The position numbers and the translations under genes are program-made. A DNA stretch of 64,000 nucleotides, from contig JAWLBL010000006.1 in NCBI GenBank assembly GCA_041687695.1, positions 1-64,000 on the forward strand, written 5' to 3'. The notes under the pieces are model-generated. The model saw only the letters and a list, made by a program, of their open reading frames with translations. It was not told the DNA's origin and did not search any database. This DNA comes from Myxococcota bacterium. GTDB lineage: Bacteria > Myxococcota_A > UBA9042 > PHBI01 > JAWLBL01. Shown here in pieces: positions 8,204-19,404 of this stretch (positions within the stretch are counted from its first letter, which is position 1; each line of letters starts with the position of its first letter).

Positions 8204-10930
8204 TCACACCAGGCTGGCGGCCCGGTCGCGCAGGCGCTGCGCGACGTCCTGGATCCCGCGCTGCTCCATGTGCCGCGCGAAGGCGGTCAAGGTGAGCCCC
8301 AGCTCCAGCTCGTCGCCGACCTCCTCGAACAGGCGCATCGCCCGCTCGAAGCAGTCGTCGATGGCGCGCGCGTCGCCGACCCGGTGCGGGCTGCGGGCGA
8401 AGAACTGCCGGCTGAGGATCTCGCCCTTGGTCCGCAGGACCTGCCCCAGCGCCGGCCGCGCCCCGATCGCCTGGCAGATGGCCTCGGCCTCGGCCACCCG
8501 CTCGAGGCCGACCTCGAACTCGCGCCGCGCCAGGGCCAGCGCCCCCAGGTTGCGCAGGACGTCCGCCGCCGTGCGCTGGTCGCCCGTGTCGGCCGTGACC
8601 TCGCGCGCCTCCTCGAGGGCCTTGCGGGCCGCGTTGAGGTCGCCGCGCTCGAGGTGCGCCTCGCCCAGGTTGTCGAGGAAGATGCCGATGAGCTCGCGGT
8701 CGCCGATCTCCTCGGCCAGCGCCAGGCCGGCCGACCAGGCCTCGATGGCGGCGTCGAGATCGCGCCGGGCCCAGCGCACGGCGCCCAGGCCGATGTGGCT
8801 GAGGGCCTGGCCGGCTCGGTCCCCGGCGCGCTCGCGCAGGGCCAGCGCCTCGGTGAAGCCGCGCTCGGCCGCCGGGCGGTCGCCCCGCTGCAGCTGGATG
8901 TTGGCGATGTTGGTCAGGCTCTCGGCGATGCCGGCGTCGTCGCCGAGCGCGCGGCGGATCTCGAGGGCCTCGCCGAAGTAGCGCAGCGCCTCGTCCCAGG
9001 CGCCCTCGGCGCCCTGCAGCCAGACCAGCTTGGCCAGGTGGTCCTGGGCGGCGGCGATGCCGGCGCGGTCGCCGATCTTGCGGTACAGGGCGAGGGCGTT
9101 CTGGTAGCAGGGTTGCGCGCGCTGGTAGTCGCCGAGGCTGCGGTGCGTGCGCCCGAGGCGCAGCCACGCGCTGGCGCCGACCTCGGCGCGCTTGGGGATG
9201 AGGCTGGCCTCGAGCAGGGCGCCGTAGATGCGGCGCGCGGCCTGCAGATCGCCCGAGGCGGCCGAGGCGTCGCCGAAGCCGGAGAGGACGTCGAGCAGGA
9301 TGTCGGCGCGGTCGACGTCGACGAGGCCCAGCGCGTGCCGGAACAGCTGCTTGGCGCGGGCGAGGTCGTACACGGCCGCGGCGGCGCGGGCGGCCTCGAC
9401 GTAGAACTCGGCGGCGTGCTCGCCGCGGCCGCCCTCCTCGAGGTGGCGCCCGATGACGTCGTACCAGGGCCGCGGGTCGGCCAGCTCGAGCTCGGAGAGC
9501 CACTGGGCGGCCATGCGGTGGTACAGGGCGCGCCGCTCGGGGTCGAGCTCCTCGTAGAGGCTGGCGCGGTCTTCACGGTGCACGAAGGAGAACTCGGTCT
9601 GGCCCTCGAGCGCGGTCTGGGTGTGGAAGATGACCAGATCCTGGCGGCGCGCCTCGAGCAGCAGGTTGTTCAGGCGGGTCTCGAGGCGGTCGTTGACCCA
9701 GGGGGCCTGCGGGCGGTCGCCGTCGTAGGGGCGCGTGCGCAGGATGGCCAGCACGCCCTCGAACCAGAAGGCCGGCCCGAAGACGCTGGCCATCTCGAGC
9801 ACCTCGCGCAGCTTGGGCTTGAGCGCCGCGACGCGGGCGCGCGAGGAGGCCTCGACCGTGCCGGCGAGGCCCATCGGCCCCGCCATCCGATCGGGGTGCA
9901 GGCGCCAGGTGGGCTCGACGGGCTCGACGATGCCGCGCTGGATGAGCAGGCGGACGTTGTCCTCGATGAGGCCCGGGTTGCCGGCCGAGCGCGACAGGAC
10001 GTCGTCGACCAGCCGCTGCGGCACGTCGGGCAGCTTGTGCAGCAGGGCGCGGACCAGCCGCTCGGCGTCCTTGGTGGCCAGCGGCTCGAGCGCGATGTCG
10101 CAGTGGGCGGGCGAGACCGAGCTGAGCTCGAGCGGCGTCGGGGCGTCGCTGAGGAAGATGACGATGACCGGCAGCTGGGCCAGCTCGACGATCATCTCGT
10201 GCAGCACCGACACGGCGCGCGGGGTCAGGTGCTGCGCGCGGTGGATGGCGATGATCCAGGTCGCCTGCGAGGCGTCGTAGCGGGCGAGGTTGTAGAAGCT
10301 CTTGAGGGCGCGGCGCTGGAAGCGATCGAGGTCGTCGGGCTGCGCCTCCGGGCCCAGGCCGGCGGTCGGCAGGCCGGCGAGGAAGCCGATGAGGCGCGCC
10401 GCGGTCGACAGCTGCCTCGCGTCGACCAGCGGCTCGATGGCCTCGATGATCTTGTCTTCGGCCTTGCCCGGGCGGTCGTGGGGCTCGATCTTGAAGCGGC
10501 GCCGGACCAGCTGGCCGATGACGCTCAGGCCGTCGGGCGCCTCGCCGTCCGAGGCCGCCGCGGCGAGGACCTCGATGCCGCGCGCCACCGGGTCGACCAG
10601 GGCGAACAGCTCGGCGAGCAGGCGCGTCTTGCCGACCCCCGGCCCGCCGAGCAGCGACACGGTGCGCACCTGCTGCCGGTTCACGGCGTCCCGGACGACG
10701 TTGTACAAGCGCTCGAGCGCGTCGCGGCGGCCCACGAAGGGCGTCGGCACGCCGTAGACCAGGTGCTCGCGCTTGAGCATCCGCTCGAGGCGCAGGTCGT
10801 TGGGGTCCCGCACCACCGCGGCGATGGCGGAGTGGCTGCTGTCGCCCACGGCAAAGGGCCGCCGCAGGTCGACCAGCGTGCTGAGGCCACCGTCGGGGTT
10901 CAGATCGAGATCGTCGCGTCTGTCGGCCAT
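8204..10930 (-). CDS. AAA_16-type P-loop ATPase with C-terminal TPR array
   Basis: PFVGRRDAL, Walker A GGPGVGKTR, SAGNPGLIE, many TPRs; GAGGG RBS before ATG. Confidence 0.85.
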   Translation of the reverse strand: MADRRDDLDLNPDGGLSTLVDLRRPFAVGDSSHSAIAAVVRDPNDLRLERMLKREHLVYGVPTPFVGRRDALERLYNVVRDAVNRQQVRTVSLLGGPGVGKTRLLAELFALVDPVARGIEVLAAAASDGEAPDGLSVIGQLVRRRFKIEPHDRPGKAEDKIIEAIEPLVDARQLSTAARLIGFLAGLPTAGLGPEAQPDDLDRFQRRALKSFYNLARYDASQATWIIAIHRAQHLTPRAVSVLHEMIVELAQLPVIVIFLSDAPTPLELSSVSPAHCDIALEPLATKDAERLVRALLHKLPDVPQRLVDDVLSRSAGNPGLIEDNVRLLIQRGIVEPVEPTWRLHPDRMAGPMGLAGTVEASSRARVAALKPKLREVLEMASVFGPAFWFEGVLAILRTRPYDGDRPQAPWVNDRLETRLNNLLLEARRQDLVIFHTQTALEGQTEFSFVHREDRASLYEELDPERRALYHRMAAQWLSELELADPRPWYDVIGRHLEEGGRGEHAAEFYVEAARAAAAVYDLARAKQLFRHALGLVDVDRADILLDVLSGFGDASAASGDLQAARRIYGALLEASLIPKRAEVGASAWLRLGRTHRSLGDYQRAQPCYQNALALYRKIGDRAGIAAAQDHLAKLVWLQGAEGAWDEALRYFGEALEIRRALGDDAGIAESLTNIANIQLQRGDRPAAERGFTEALALRERAGDRAGQALSHIGLGAVRWARRDLDAAIEAWSAGLALAEEIGDRELIGIFLDNLGEAHLERGDLNAARKALEEAREVTADTGDQRTAADVLRNLGALALARREFEVGLERVAEAEAICQAIGARPALGQVLRTKGEILSRQFFARSPHRVGDARAIDDCFERAMRLFEEVGDELELGLTLTAFARHMEQRGIQDVAQRLRDRAASLV

Positions 10931-11018
10931 GGAGCCCTCATTGGTACCACCGGGGCCGGTCGGCGCGCAAACGGCCCCCTCCAGCCGTCCACCAGCCATC
11001 GCCACGACCCGCCCGGCG

Positions 11019-13031
11019 TCAGAGCCCGCAGGGGACCGGGGCGACCGCGTGGAAGGAGGCGGCCGACGGCGTCGCCTGGTCGAGGGCCTTGGGCACGAGC
11101 GGGTCGGCGCCGAGGTCGAGGGTCTGCGCCGAGCTGCCCGAGCCGCTGACGGCGACAAGGGCGCGGCCGAGCAGGGCCGGGGCGAGCAGGACCGGGGCGG
11201 TGGCCAGCCCCAGCTTGATGGGCTCGTGCAGCGTGAGGCCCTTGCCGTCGGCCTCGACGACCGTCAGCTGCGGCGCGTTCGCGTAGCCGGCGAAGTAGCC
11301 CACGCCCTGGTCGAAGGCGGCGACCAGATCGCTGCCCGCGGTGCCGGTGGCCGAGGGGCAGGTGGCGACGAAGTCCTTGGGCGAGGGCAGGGCGGCGCCG
11401 GCGCCGTAGGGGGCGAACCCGAGGCAGCCCCCCTGGTAGCCGACGGCGACGAGGCCGCCGAGGTGGGGGTCGTAGTCGACCCGGGCCGCGATCGCGTCGA
11501 GCAGGGCCAGCGGCTGGCCCTGCTGCGCGCCGCTGGGCAGAAAGCGGGCCGCGAAGGTGATGGGCGGGCCGGCGGTGGCCGAGGCGCGCGCGAGCAGCAG
11601 CAGGCCTGCCTTGTCGGCGTCGACGAAGTCGAGGCGCGCGACCGGGCTGGGGAACGTCACCTCGACCTCGTCGAGCTGCGTCAGCTTGCCCTCTTCGCCC
11701 ACCGTGTGGCGGCTGAAGCGGCCGACGTTGGCGCCGACGCGCTCGGCGACGTACAGGACCGGGGCGCCGTCGCCCTCGCGGCAGGCCAGCGCGTGCGGCT
11801 CGGTGAAGGTGGCCGCCTGGGTCGCCGTCAGCTGCGTGGCCTCCTTGACGCTCAGGGTCACCACCCCGCCGCTGCCGCCGGCCAGGAAGCTGACGCCACC
11901 GCAGCGCGCGAACGAGCGCCGGCCGGCGCCGGCGTTGACGCCGAAGGGCAGCGGGGCGACGTAGGGGATGGTCAAGCTGCCCTTGGGCGAGACGACCATC
12001 AGCGAGGCGCGCCCCGCCCCGGAGGCGTTCATGCCGTAGGCGACCAGGCAGGTCGACTCGAGCTCGCAGGTGCTGGTGCACCCGTCGCCGTCGACCTGGT
12101 TGCCGTCGTCGCAGGCCTCGCCCGGGTCGAGATCGCCGTCGCCGCAGGGATCGCAGCTCCACGCGGTGGGGTCGACGTCGGGCCGGCAGCTGCCGCAGCC
12201 ACCGGCCGGGTCCGGCGCGCCCTCGGGCTGGCACTGCCCGTCGATGAAGCAGGTGCCCGCGGCCTGGGTCGCCACGCAGGTCTGGCCGTCGCAGAACAGG
12301 GGCCGGCACTCCGCCGCGGGCGGCCCGCAGTCGGCGTTGCTCTGGCAGGGCAGCCCCTCGCTGCACCCGGCGACCTCCTTGTCGATGTCGCCGACGCAGC
12401 CGCCGGCGCCGTCGCAGGTGGCGACGGTCACGCACGGGTCGGACGAGGTGCACGTCGCCCCCACCTTGGGCTCCGCGACGCACTGGCCCTCGTCGCAGCG
12501 TCCCTCGAAGCACTCGCCGTCGAGCGACGAGCAGTCCAGCGGCTGCCCGACGCAGGTGCCGCCGCCGCAGGTGTCGCCGGTCGTGCACGGGTCGCCGTCC
12601 TCGCAGGTGGCGCCGTCGTCGGCGACGGCGGGCTGGCACTCGCCGGTCCCCGGCGCGCAGAAGCCGACGATGCAGCTGTCGGTCGACAGGGCCGAGCAGT
12701 CCTTGGGCGTCCCGACGCACACGCCGGCCGCGCAGACGCCGTCGACCAGGCACAGGTCCGCCTCGCCGCAGGTCTTGCCGTCGCGGCTCGCGTCGCTGGT
12801 CGCCTGGCACGCGCCGTCTTTGCAGACCATCCGGTTGCAGTCGGGGGGCGTCACGCCCGCGCAGTCCGCGTCGACGACGCAAGCGTCGGGGCCGCCGTCG
12901 GGCGTCGCGTCCTGCGTCTTGCCGTCCTCGGACGTGTCGTCGTTGCCGGCGGGGACCACGATGTCTTCGCAGCCGGCGCCGAGCACGAACAGGGCCGCGA
13001 GCATGGCCAGAGTGAGGAGGGGCCTGCGCAT
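11019..13031 (-). CDS. Cys-rich repeat lipoprotein with myxobacterial Cys-rich repeat and beta-rich C-terminus
   Basis: Lipobox LGAGC; CEDGDPCTTGDTC repeats; CGDGDLDPGEACDDGNQVDGDGCTSTC. Confidence 0.82.
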   Translation of the reverse strand: MRRPLLTLAMLAALFVLGAGCEDIVVPAGNDDTSEDGKTQDATPDGGPDACVVDADCAGVTPPDCNRMVCKDGACQATSDASRDGKTCGEADLCLVDGVCAAGVCVGTPKDCSALSTDSCIVGFCAPGTGECQPAVADDGATCEDGDPCTTGDTCGGGTCVGQPLDCSSLDGECFEGRCDEGQCVAEPKVGATCTSSDPCVTVATCDGAGGCVGDIDKEVAGCSEGLPCQSNADCGPPAAECRPLFCDGQTCVATQAAGTCFIDGQCQPEGAPDPAGGCGSCRPDVDPTAWSCDPCGDGDLDPGEACDDGNQVDGDGCTSTCELESTCLVAYGMNASGAGRASLMVVSPKGSLTIPYVAPLPFGVNAGAGRRSFARCGGVSFLAGGSGGVVTLSVKEATQLTATQAATFTEPHALACREGDGAPVLYVAERVGANVGRFSRHTVGEEGKLTQLDEVEVTFPSPVARLDFVDADKAGLLLLARASATAGPPITFAARFLPSGAQQGQPLALLDAIAARVDYDPHLGGLVAVGYQGGCLGFAPYGAGAALPSPKDFVATCPSATGTAGSDLVAAFDQGVGYFAGYANAPQLTVVEADGKGLTLHEPIKLGLATAPVLLAPALLGRALVAVSGSGSSAQTLDLGADPLVPKALDQATPSAASFHAVAPVPCGL

Positions 13032-13135
13032 TCGAGTCTCCCGAGCGGTGGCGTTCGTGCGGGAGGGTACGGGGCGCGCGTCCCCCGTGCAAACACCGGC
13101 GGTGCGCAGCCGCGAACGGGCGCCCGGCCGCGCGG

Positions 13136-14116
13136 TCAGCTGCGGCCCGTCCTCGCGAGGTCGCCCATCTCGGTGCGGTGCAGGTCGTCGTGGCGGACCC
13201 GCGTGAAGCACATCGCCCACAGCAGCACGGCGGCGACGTAGAAGACCCACACGAGCGAGGCCATGGTCCCGGCGAGCGAGCCGTACAGGACGCCGAACTG
13301 GGCGATGGTCTGCAGGTAGTAGGCGTAGGCGGCGCGGGCGGCCTCGAACAGCATCACGAAGACCAGGGCCCCGACGATCGCGTCGAGGGTGCCGACTCTG
13401 GTGCGCACGGCCGAGCGCATGAAGAAGATGAACGCGAGCAGCAGGAAGAAGTCGGTCGCGACGTGCAGGACGACACGGTTGCGTTCGAGCCGGTCGGCGA
13501 GCGTGCCCTGGGCGCCGTCGCCGACCAGGGCCATCCAGGCCGTCGCGGCGTTGACCACGAAGATGACCAGCAGGGCGACCGTGGTCAGGAACACGGCGAA
13601 GAGCACCATGGTCGTGACGGGGCTGCGTCCCTTGACGTTGAAGATGGCGGCGAGGGCCCCGTTGACGCCCGCGAAGACGAAGCGGGCGGTGATGAGCAGG
13701 GCCGCGACGCCGACCGCGCCCAGGGCGCCGCGATCGCGGATGAGGGTGGCGATGACCTGCTCGACGTAGGCGACGTCCCCGGGCAGCAGCTCGGGGACGA
13801 TGCGGCTGACGACCGTGGACAGGTCTTCGAGGGTCCAGCCGGTCGCCAGCACGTCCACGGCCGCGTAGGCGAGCAGCGTGAGGACGACGACGCCGAAGGG
13901 GATGAGGCTGAGGACCGCGAAGTAGGCGATCTCGGCGGCGTGCTGCAGGCCGCGGCGCGCGACGAACAGGCGCGTGGTCGCGACGAACAGGCGGATCGGC
14001 GGCCACGGGCTGACGCGCAGGGCGACGGCGTGGACGGGGTGGCGAGCGGCCGCCCACCAGCGGCTGGCGCTGGCGCGCAGGCGGCTCGGCGCGAGGCCAC
14101 GCCGGTCGGAGGTCAC
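13136..14116 (-). CDS. YihY/BrkB family membrane protein
   Basis: AAEIAYFAVLSLIP, YGSLAGTMASLVWVFY, about 6 TM helices; start uncertain. Confidence 0.88.
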   Translation of the reverse strand: MTSDRRGLAPSRLRASASRWWAAARHPVHAVALRVSPWPPIRLFVATTRLFVARRGLQHAAEIAYFAVLSLIPFGVVVLTLLAYAAVDVLATGWTLEDLSTVVSRIVPELLPGDVAYVEQVIATLIRDRGALGAVGVAALLITARFVFAGVNGALAAIFNVKGRSPVTTMVLFAVFLTTVALLVIFVVNAATAWMALVGDGAQGTLADRLERNRVVLHVATDFFLLLAFIFFMRSAVRTRVGTLDAIVGALVFVMLFEAARAAYAYYLQTIAQFGVLYGSLAGTMASLVWVFYVAAVLLWAMCFTRVRHDDLHRTEMGDLARTGRS

Positions 14117-14520
14117 CTGATGCCCTTGAAGAGCCCCGCGCCGCGGCGGCGGCGGCGATCGTCGGCCCCGTCGTCGTCCTGCGGGCGCCGCTCGTCGAGC
14201 GCCTCGCGCAGGAGGAAGGCGAGCCGCGCCCGGGCGCCCTCGAGGTTCTTGGTCCGGCTGCGGAACTCGTCGCAGCCGACGCGCACGGTGCCGCGGCGGT
14301 CGGCGCGGAGCTCCGGGTGCCCCAGGATGAGGCCCTTCTGCCGGGCGTCGAGCGCCTCGCAGCGCTTGACGTCGAGGCGCAGCTCGACGTTGGTCGGCGT
14401 CTGGCGCGCGGCCTCGGCGCCGCCGCCGTCACCGAGATCCCGGGTGTACGAGACGGACAGGAAGTCCGCGGGGATGGTCAGGCCATCTCGGACGGGCAGG
14501 TCGAGGTGCGTCGATTCCAT
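14113..14520 (-). CDS. ArfB/YaeJ-like (RF-1 domain) protein lacking the GGQ motif
   Basis: IP...SYTR..., VELRLDV, RSRTKNLEGARARL and a basic tail fit ArfB, but the loop reads DLGDGGGAEAARQ. Confidence 0.7.
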   Translation of the reverse strand: MESTHLDLPVRDGLTIPADFLSVSYTRDLGDGGGAEAARQTPTNVELRLDVKRCEALDARQKGLILGHPELRADRRGTVRVGCDEFRSRTKNLEGARARLAFLLREALDERRPQDDDGADDRRRRRGAGLFKGIR

Positions 14521-14616
14521 GGACGATAGACTCTAGCAGAACGTTGGCTCGACGGAGCGGCGCCGGGGCCGGGGCCGTCGAAGGGGCGCCTCAGGTACGC
14601 CCGAAGGGCGGCCGGG

Positions 14617-15331
14617 TCAAGGCCTGTTTCCACCCTCGCTCGCGTCCGCGTCCGCGCCGATCCGCGCGAGCGCCGCCTCGGCGGCCCGCTGGTGCGCCTC
14701 CTTCTTCGAGCGGCCCTCGCCGCGCGCGGTCAGGACGCCGTCGACGACGACCTCGGCCTCGAAGTGTGAGGCGTGGTCGGGCCCCTCGACCGAGATGATG
14801 TCGTAGCGCGGGGTGACCCGGTGGTGCTCCTGCGCCCACTCCTGCAGCAGGCTCTTGGCGTCGCGCAGGCGCCCCTGGCCCAACCCGGCCAGCGCCTCGC
14901 CGACCAGCCGCAGCACCACCTGGTTGGCCGGCTCGAAGCCGGCGTCCACGTACACGGCGCCGATGACCGCCTCGACCGCGTCGGCCAGCAGCGAGCGCCG
15001 CCGCCGCCCGCCCGTGCGCTCCTCGCCCACCCCCATGCGCAGACGGTCGCCCAGATCCAGCCCGAGGCCGATCTGCGCCAGCGACCTCGCGTCGACCACC
15101 CGCGCCCGCAGCTGCGACAGCTCGCCCTCGGACGAGCTGGGGTGCTCGCGGAAGAGCCACTGGCTGACCGCGAGGTCCAGCACGGCGTCGCCCAGGAACT
15201 CGAGCCGCTCGTTGTCCTCGACCGGCTCGGGGACCTCATTCTTGAACGACGAGTGGGTGAGGGCGGTCACCAGCAGATCGCGCCGCGTGAAGACGTGCCC
15301 GAGGGCGGCCTCGAGCTCGGCCAGCGCGTCG

Positions 15332-15339
<8 letters not shown>
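14617..15339 (-). CDS. rnc: Ribonuclease III
   Basis: ALTHSS, NERLEFLGDAVL, LADAVEAVIGA, dsRBD (DAKSLLQE...GRSKKEA). Confidence 0.97.
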
Positions 15340-16494
<1,155 letters not shown>

Positions 16495-16498
<4 letters not shown>

Positions 16499-17673
16499 GC
16501 GGCCTCCTCGCGCGCCATGCGCACGACCGGGGGGATGCGCGCGAGGGCGGCGTCGACGTCCGCTCGGGTGGTCGTGTGGCCCAGGCTGAGCCGCAGGGCG
16601 CCCCGCGCGCGGTCCGAGGGCAGCCCCATGGCCAGCAGGACGTGCGACGGCTCGAGGCTGCCCGCCGTGCACGCGCTGCCGCTCGAGGCGGCGACCCCTG
16701 CCAGATCCAACCCGATGAGCATCGTCTCTCCGTCGGCCCCGTCGACCAGCACGTTCAGCGTGTTCGGCAGCGTCCGCGCCGGGTCGCCCAGCCGCGTCAG
16801 GCCGTCCAGGGCGCCCGCCAGCCCCTCCCACAGCCGCTCCCGCAGCGCGGTCAGCCGCGCCGCCTCGGCAGGGACCGCCCGCGTGGCCTCCTCGCAGGCC
16901 GCGCCGAAGCCGACCACGGCCGCCACGTCCTCGGTGCCCGCGCGCCGGTTGCGCTCCTGATGCCCGCCGTGCACCAGCGGGACCAGCTTGACGCCGCGCC
17001 GCGTCCACAGCGCGCCCGCGCCGCGCGGCCCGCCCACCTTGTGCGACGAGACGGTCACCAGATGGGCCCCCCAGTCCGACACGTCGACCGGCACGCGCCC
17101 CAGCGCCTGCGTCGCGTCCACGTGCAGCAGCGCCCCGCGCTCGCGACACAGCGCGGCCGCCGCCGCGACCGGCTGCAGCGCCCCCGTCTCGTTGTTGGCG
17201 GCCATCAGCGACACCGCCAGCGCGCCCCCGTCCACGGCCTCGGCCAGCGCGTCCATGCGCACCACGCCGTCCGCGTCCACCGGCACCTCGACCAGCTCGA
17301 ACCCCAGCGCCTGCGCCAGCCACCGCGCCGGCCCCAGCACCGACGGGTGCTCGACCGCGCTCACCACCAGCCGCCGCCGCTCGGCCGCCCGCGGCCCGAA
17401 GGCCAGCCCCTTGAGCGCCGCGTTGTTGGCTTCGGTCGCCGACGCCGCGAACACGACCTCGCCCGCCTCGGCCCCCAGCGCCCGCGCGACCTGCGCCCGC
17501 GCCCGCTCCAGCCGCTCGAGCGCGGCCCGCCCCTCGGCGTGCACGCTGGACGGGTTGCCGAAGGGCGCCTCGGCGCCGGCCGCGCCCAGCGGACGCATCG
17601 CCTCGGCGGCGGCGGCGCGCAGGGGCGTCGTCGCGTTGTGGTCCAGATAGATTCGGCCGCGGCGCTCGTGCAT
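16495..17673 (-). CDS. iscS: Cysteine desulfurase (IscS/NifS family)
   Basis: IYLDHNATTP, GNPSSVH, ANNETG, SSHKVGGP, SSGSACT. Confidence 0.93.
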
Positions 17674-17796
17674 CGGGGGTCTCAACGGGGGCGCGGAGTC
17701 TGTTCGTTCCCGTCGCGCCAGGCAAGCTGCAAGTCTGCCGGAGCATCCGCCCCGCGCCAACCGTCAATGGGCGCGATCCGCCGCGTCCAGCCGCGA

Positions 17797-19404
17797 TCAG
17801 CGGCGACAGGCCCGCTCGAGGTCCCGCAGGGCGGGGTCGTCCTGCACGGCCAGCGCCTCGCGCGCGAACCGCAGCGCCGCGGCGCAGTCCTTGGCGCGGT
17901 AGGCGTCGGCCGCCAGGTTGGCCAGGCTGGCGAACAGGTTGCGGCGCGTCGTGTCGTTCGCGTGCAGGGCCAGCGAGGCGCGGCAGGCCTCGGCGGCGAC
18001 GGCGAAGCGGCGGGCGCGGAAGTGGGCCAGCCCCTTCAGGCTGTGCAGCTGGGCCAGCGCCTCGGCCGGCGGGGCGTAGGCGGCGACCGCGCGCAGCCCG
18101 CGATCGACCTCGGCGACCGCGGCGTCGTGGCGCCCCGCCTCGGTGTCCGCGATCGCGGCGTCGGCGACCAGCTGCAGGTAGGTCCCGGCCAGGGCCCGCG
18201 CGCCCTCGGACCGGCCGTTGGCGGCCACCTGCCGGAGCAGCAGCGTGCTCGCGGCGTCGCGCTGCCCCTGCTCCGACAGCCGCAGGGCCAGCTGCTGCGT
18301 CCAGGCCACGCCGTTGTGGGCCAGCAGGGCGTCACCCGGGACCCGCGCTCGCGCCTGGGCCAGCGCCGCCTCCAGCGCCGGCGGGTCCCCCGCCGCCACC
18401 GCGCGCTCGGCCAGCCCGGCGTACCCGACCACCGCCAACCGCCGCCACTTCGCCGCGCTCGCGCCGTCCGCCTCGGCGTCCAGCGCGAAGGTCACCAGGC
18501 GCATCCCGGCCGCATGGTCGCCGCGCTGCAGGTGCCCCAGCGCCAGGTTGTGCAGCAGCGCGTCGCGGTTGTGCCGATAGGTCGCGTCACCCGGGACGAC
18601 CCGGCTCGCCTTGGCGAACAGCACCCAGGCCGCCTCGTGGTCGCCGCGGTCCAGCGCGATGGCGGCCGCGTTGGCGTAGACGTAGCTCAGCACCTCGAGG
18701 TTGCCGATGGGGCGCTCGGGCCCTGCGTGCCGGCGCGCCACCCCCCGCGGCGCGATGCGCCCGTCCTCGGCCGCGACCAGCCCGCTGTCGAGGCCGCGCT
18801 GCTCGAGGAAGCGCTGGTAGTCGGCGTCGCTGCGGAACGGCTCGAAGCCGCGCGGGTGGGTCGTCTCGACGTCGACCTCGCGGCCGTCCAGCTTCAGCCG
18901 CGTGTACACGTGCGTCGGCAGGTCCACGGCGCCCGCCGCGAGGCCGACCCGCAGGGCCAGCGCGTTGTACAGCAGGGTCGCCGCCACGCAGTTGTAGACC
19001 CCGTCGCGCACCGTCACGGCGACGCTGCTCTGCGCCCGGTCGTAGCGCCCCAGCAGCCGCTCGTGCATCGCGACGAACAGCGCCTCGGCCCGCGCCCGCT
19101 CACCCTTGGCGCCGGCGACCCGCGCGTCGGCCTCGACGGCCACCGCCTTGCGATGCAGCGCCTCGAGGGCCGCCCGGTCCGGCACGCCCGAGACCACCAG
19201 GGACGCCTCCAGCAGATCGAACGCGTCCAGCCGGCCGTCGGCCAGGTCGTCGAACAGGGCCCGCTCCAGCTCGGTCGCGCGCTCGAGCGCGAGCCGCCCC
19301 AGATCCGCGGGCCGAGCCGCCGCCCCAGCCCCCGTCGCCGCGGACGACGTGGACGCACACCCCGAAAGCAGCGCCAGCAGCGCCGCGAAGACCAAGCCCC
19401 TCAA
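17797..19404 (-). CDS. Lipoprotein with transglutaminase-like (SirB1-type) core and TPR repeats
   Basis: Lipobox LSGC; YNCVAATLLY, PTHVY, DVETT putative C-H-E/D triad; helical repeats; TTGA overlap start. Confidence 0.72.
   Translation of the reverse strand: MRGLVFAALLALLSGCASTSSAATGAGAAARPADLGRLALERATELERALFDDLADGRLDAFDLLEASLVVSGVPDRAALEALHRKAVAVEADARVAGAKGERARAEALFVAMHERLLGRYDRAQSSVAVTVRDGVYNCVAATLLYNALALRVGLAAGAVDLPTHVYTRLKLDGREVDVETTHPRGFEPFRSDADYQRFLEQRGLDSGLVAAEDGRIAPRGVARRHAGPERPIGNLEVLSYVYANAAAIALDRGDHEAAWVLFAKASRVVPGDATYRHNRDALLHNLALGHLQRGDHAAGMRLVTFALDAEADGASAAKWRRLAVVGYAGLAERAVAAGDPPALEAALAQARARVPGDALLAHNGVAWTQQLALRLSEQGQRDAASTLLLRQVAANGRSEGARALAGTYLQLVADAAIADTEAGRHDAAVAEVDRGLRAVAAYAPPAEALAQLHSLKGLAHFRARRFAVAAEACRASLALHANDTTRRNLFASLANLAADAYRAKDCAAALRFAREALAVQDDPALRDLERACRR

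Noticed and set aside
7070..11149. 1359-aa plus-strand ORF and similar long antisense ORFs (e.g. 16576..19440, 21849..25043, 53344..56016)
   Set aside because: Shadow frames of real genes in GC-rich DNA; they contain no motifs.
11019..14432. 1137-aa protein
   Set aside because: Only the part from ATG 13031 is protein-like; the upstream part is an off-frame reading of yihY and the ArfB-like gene.
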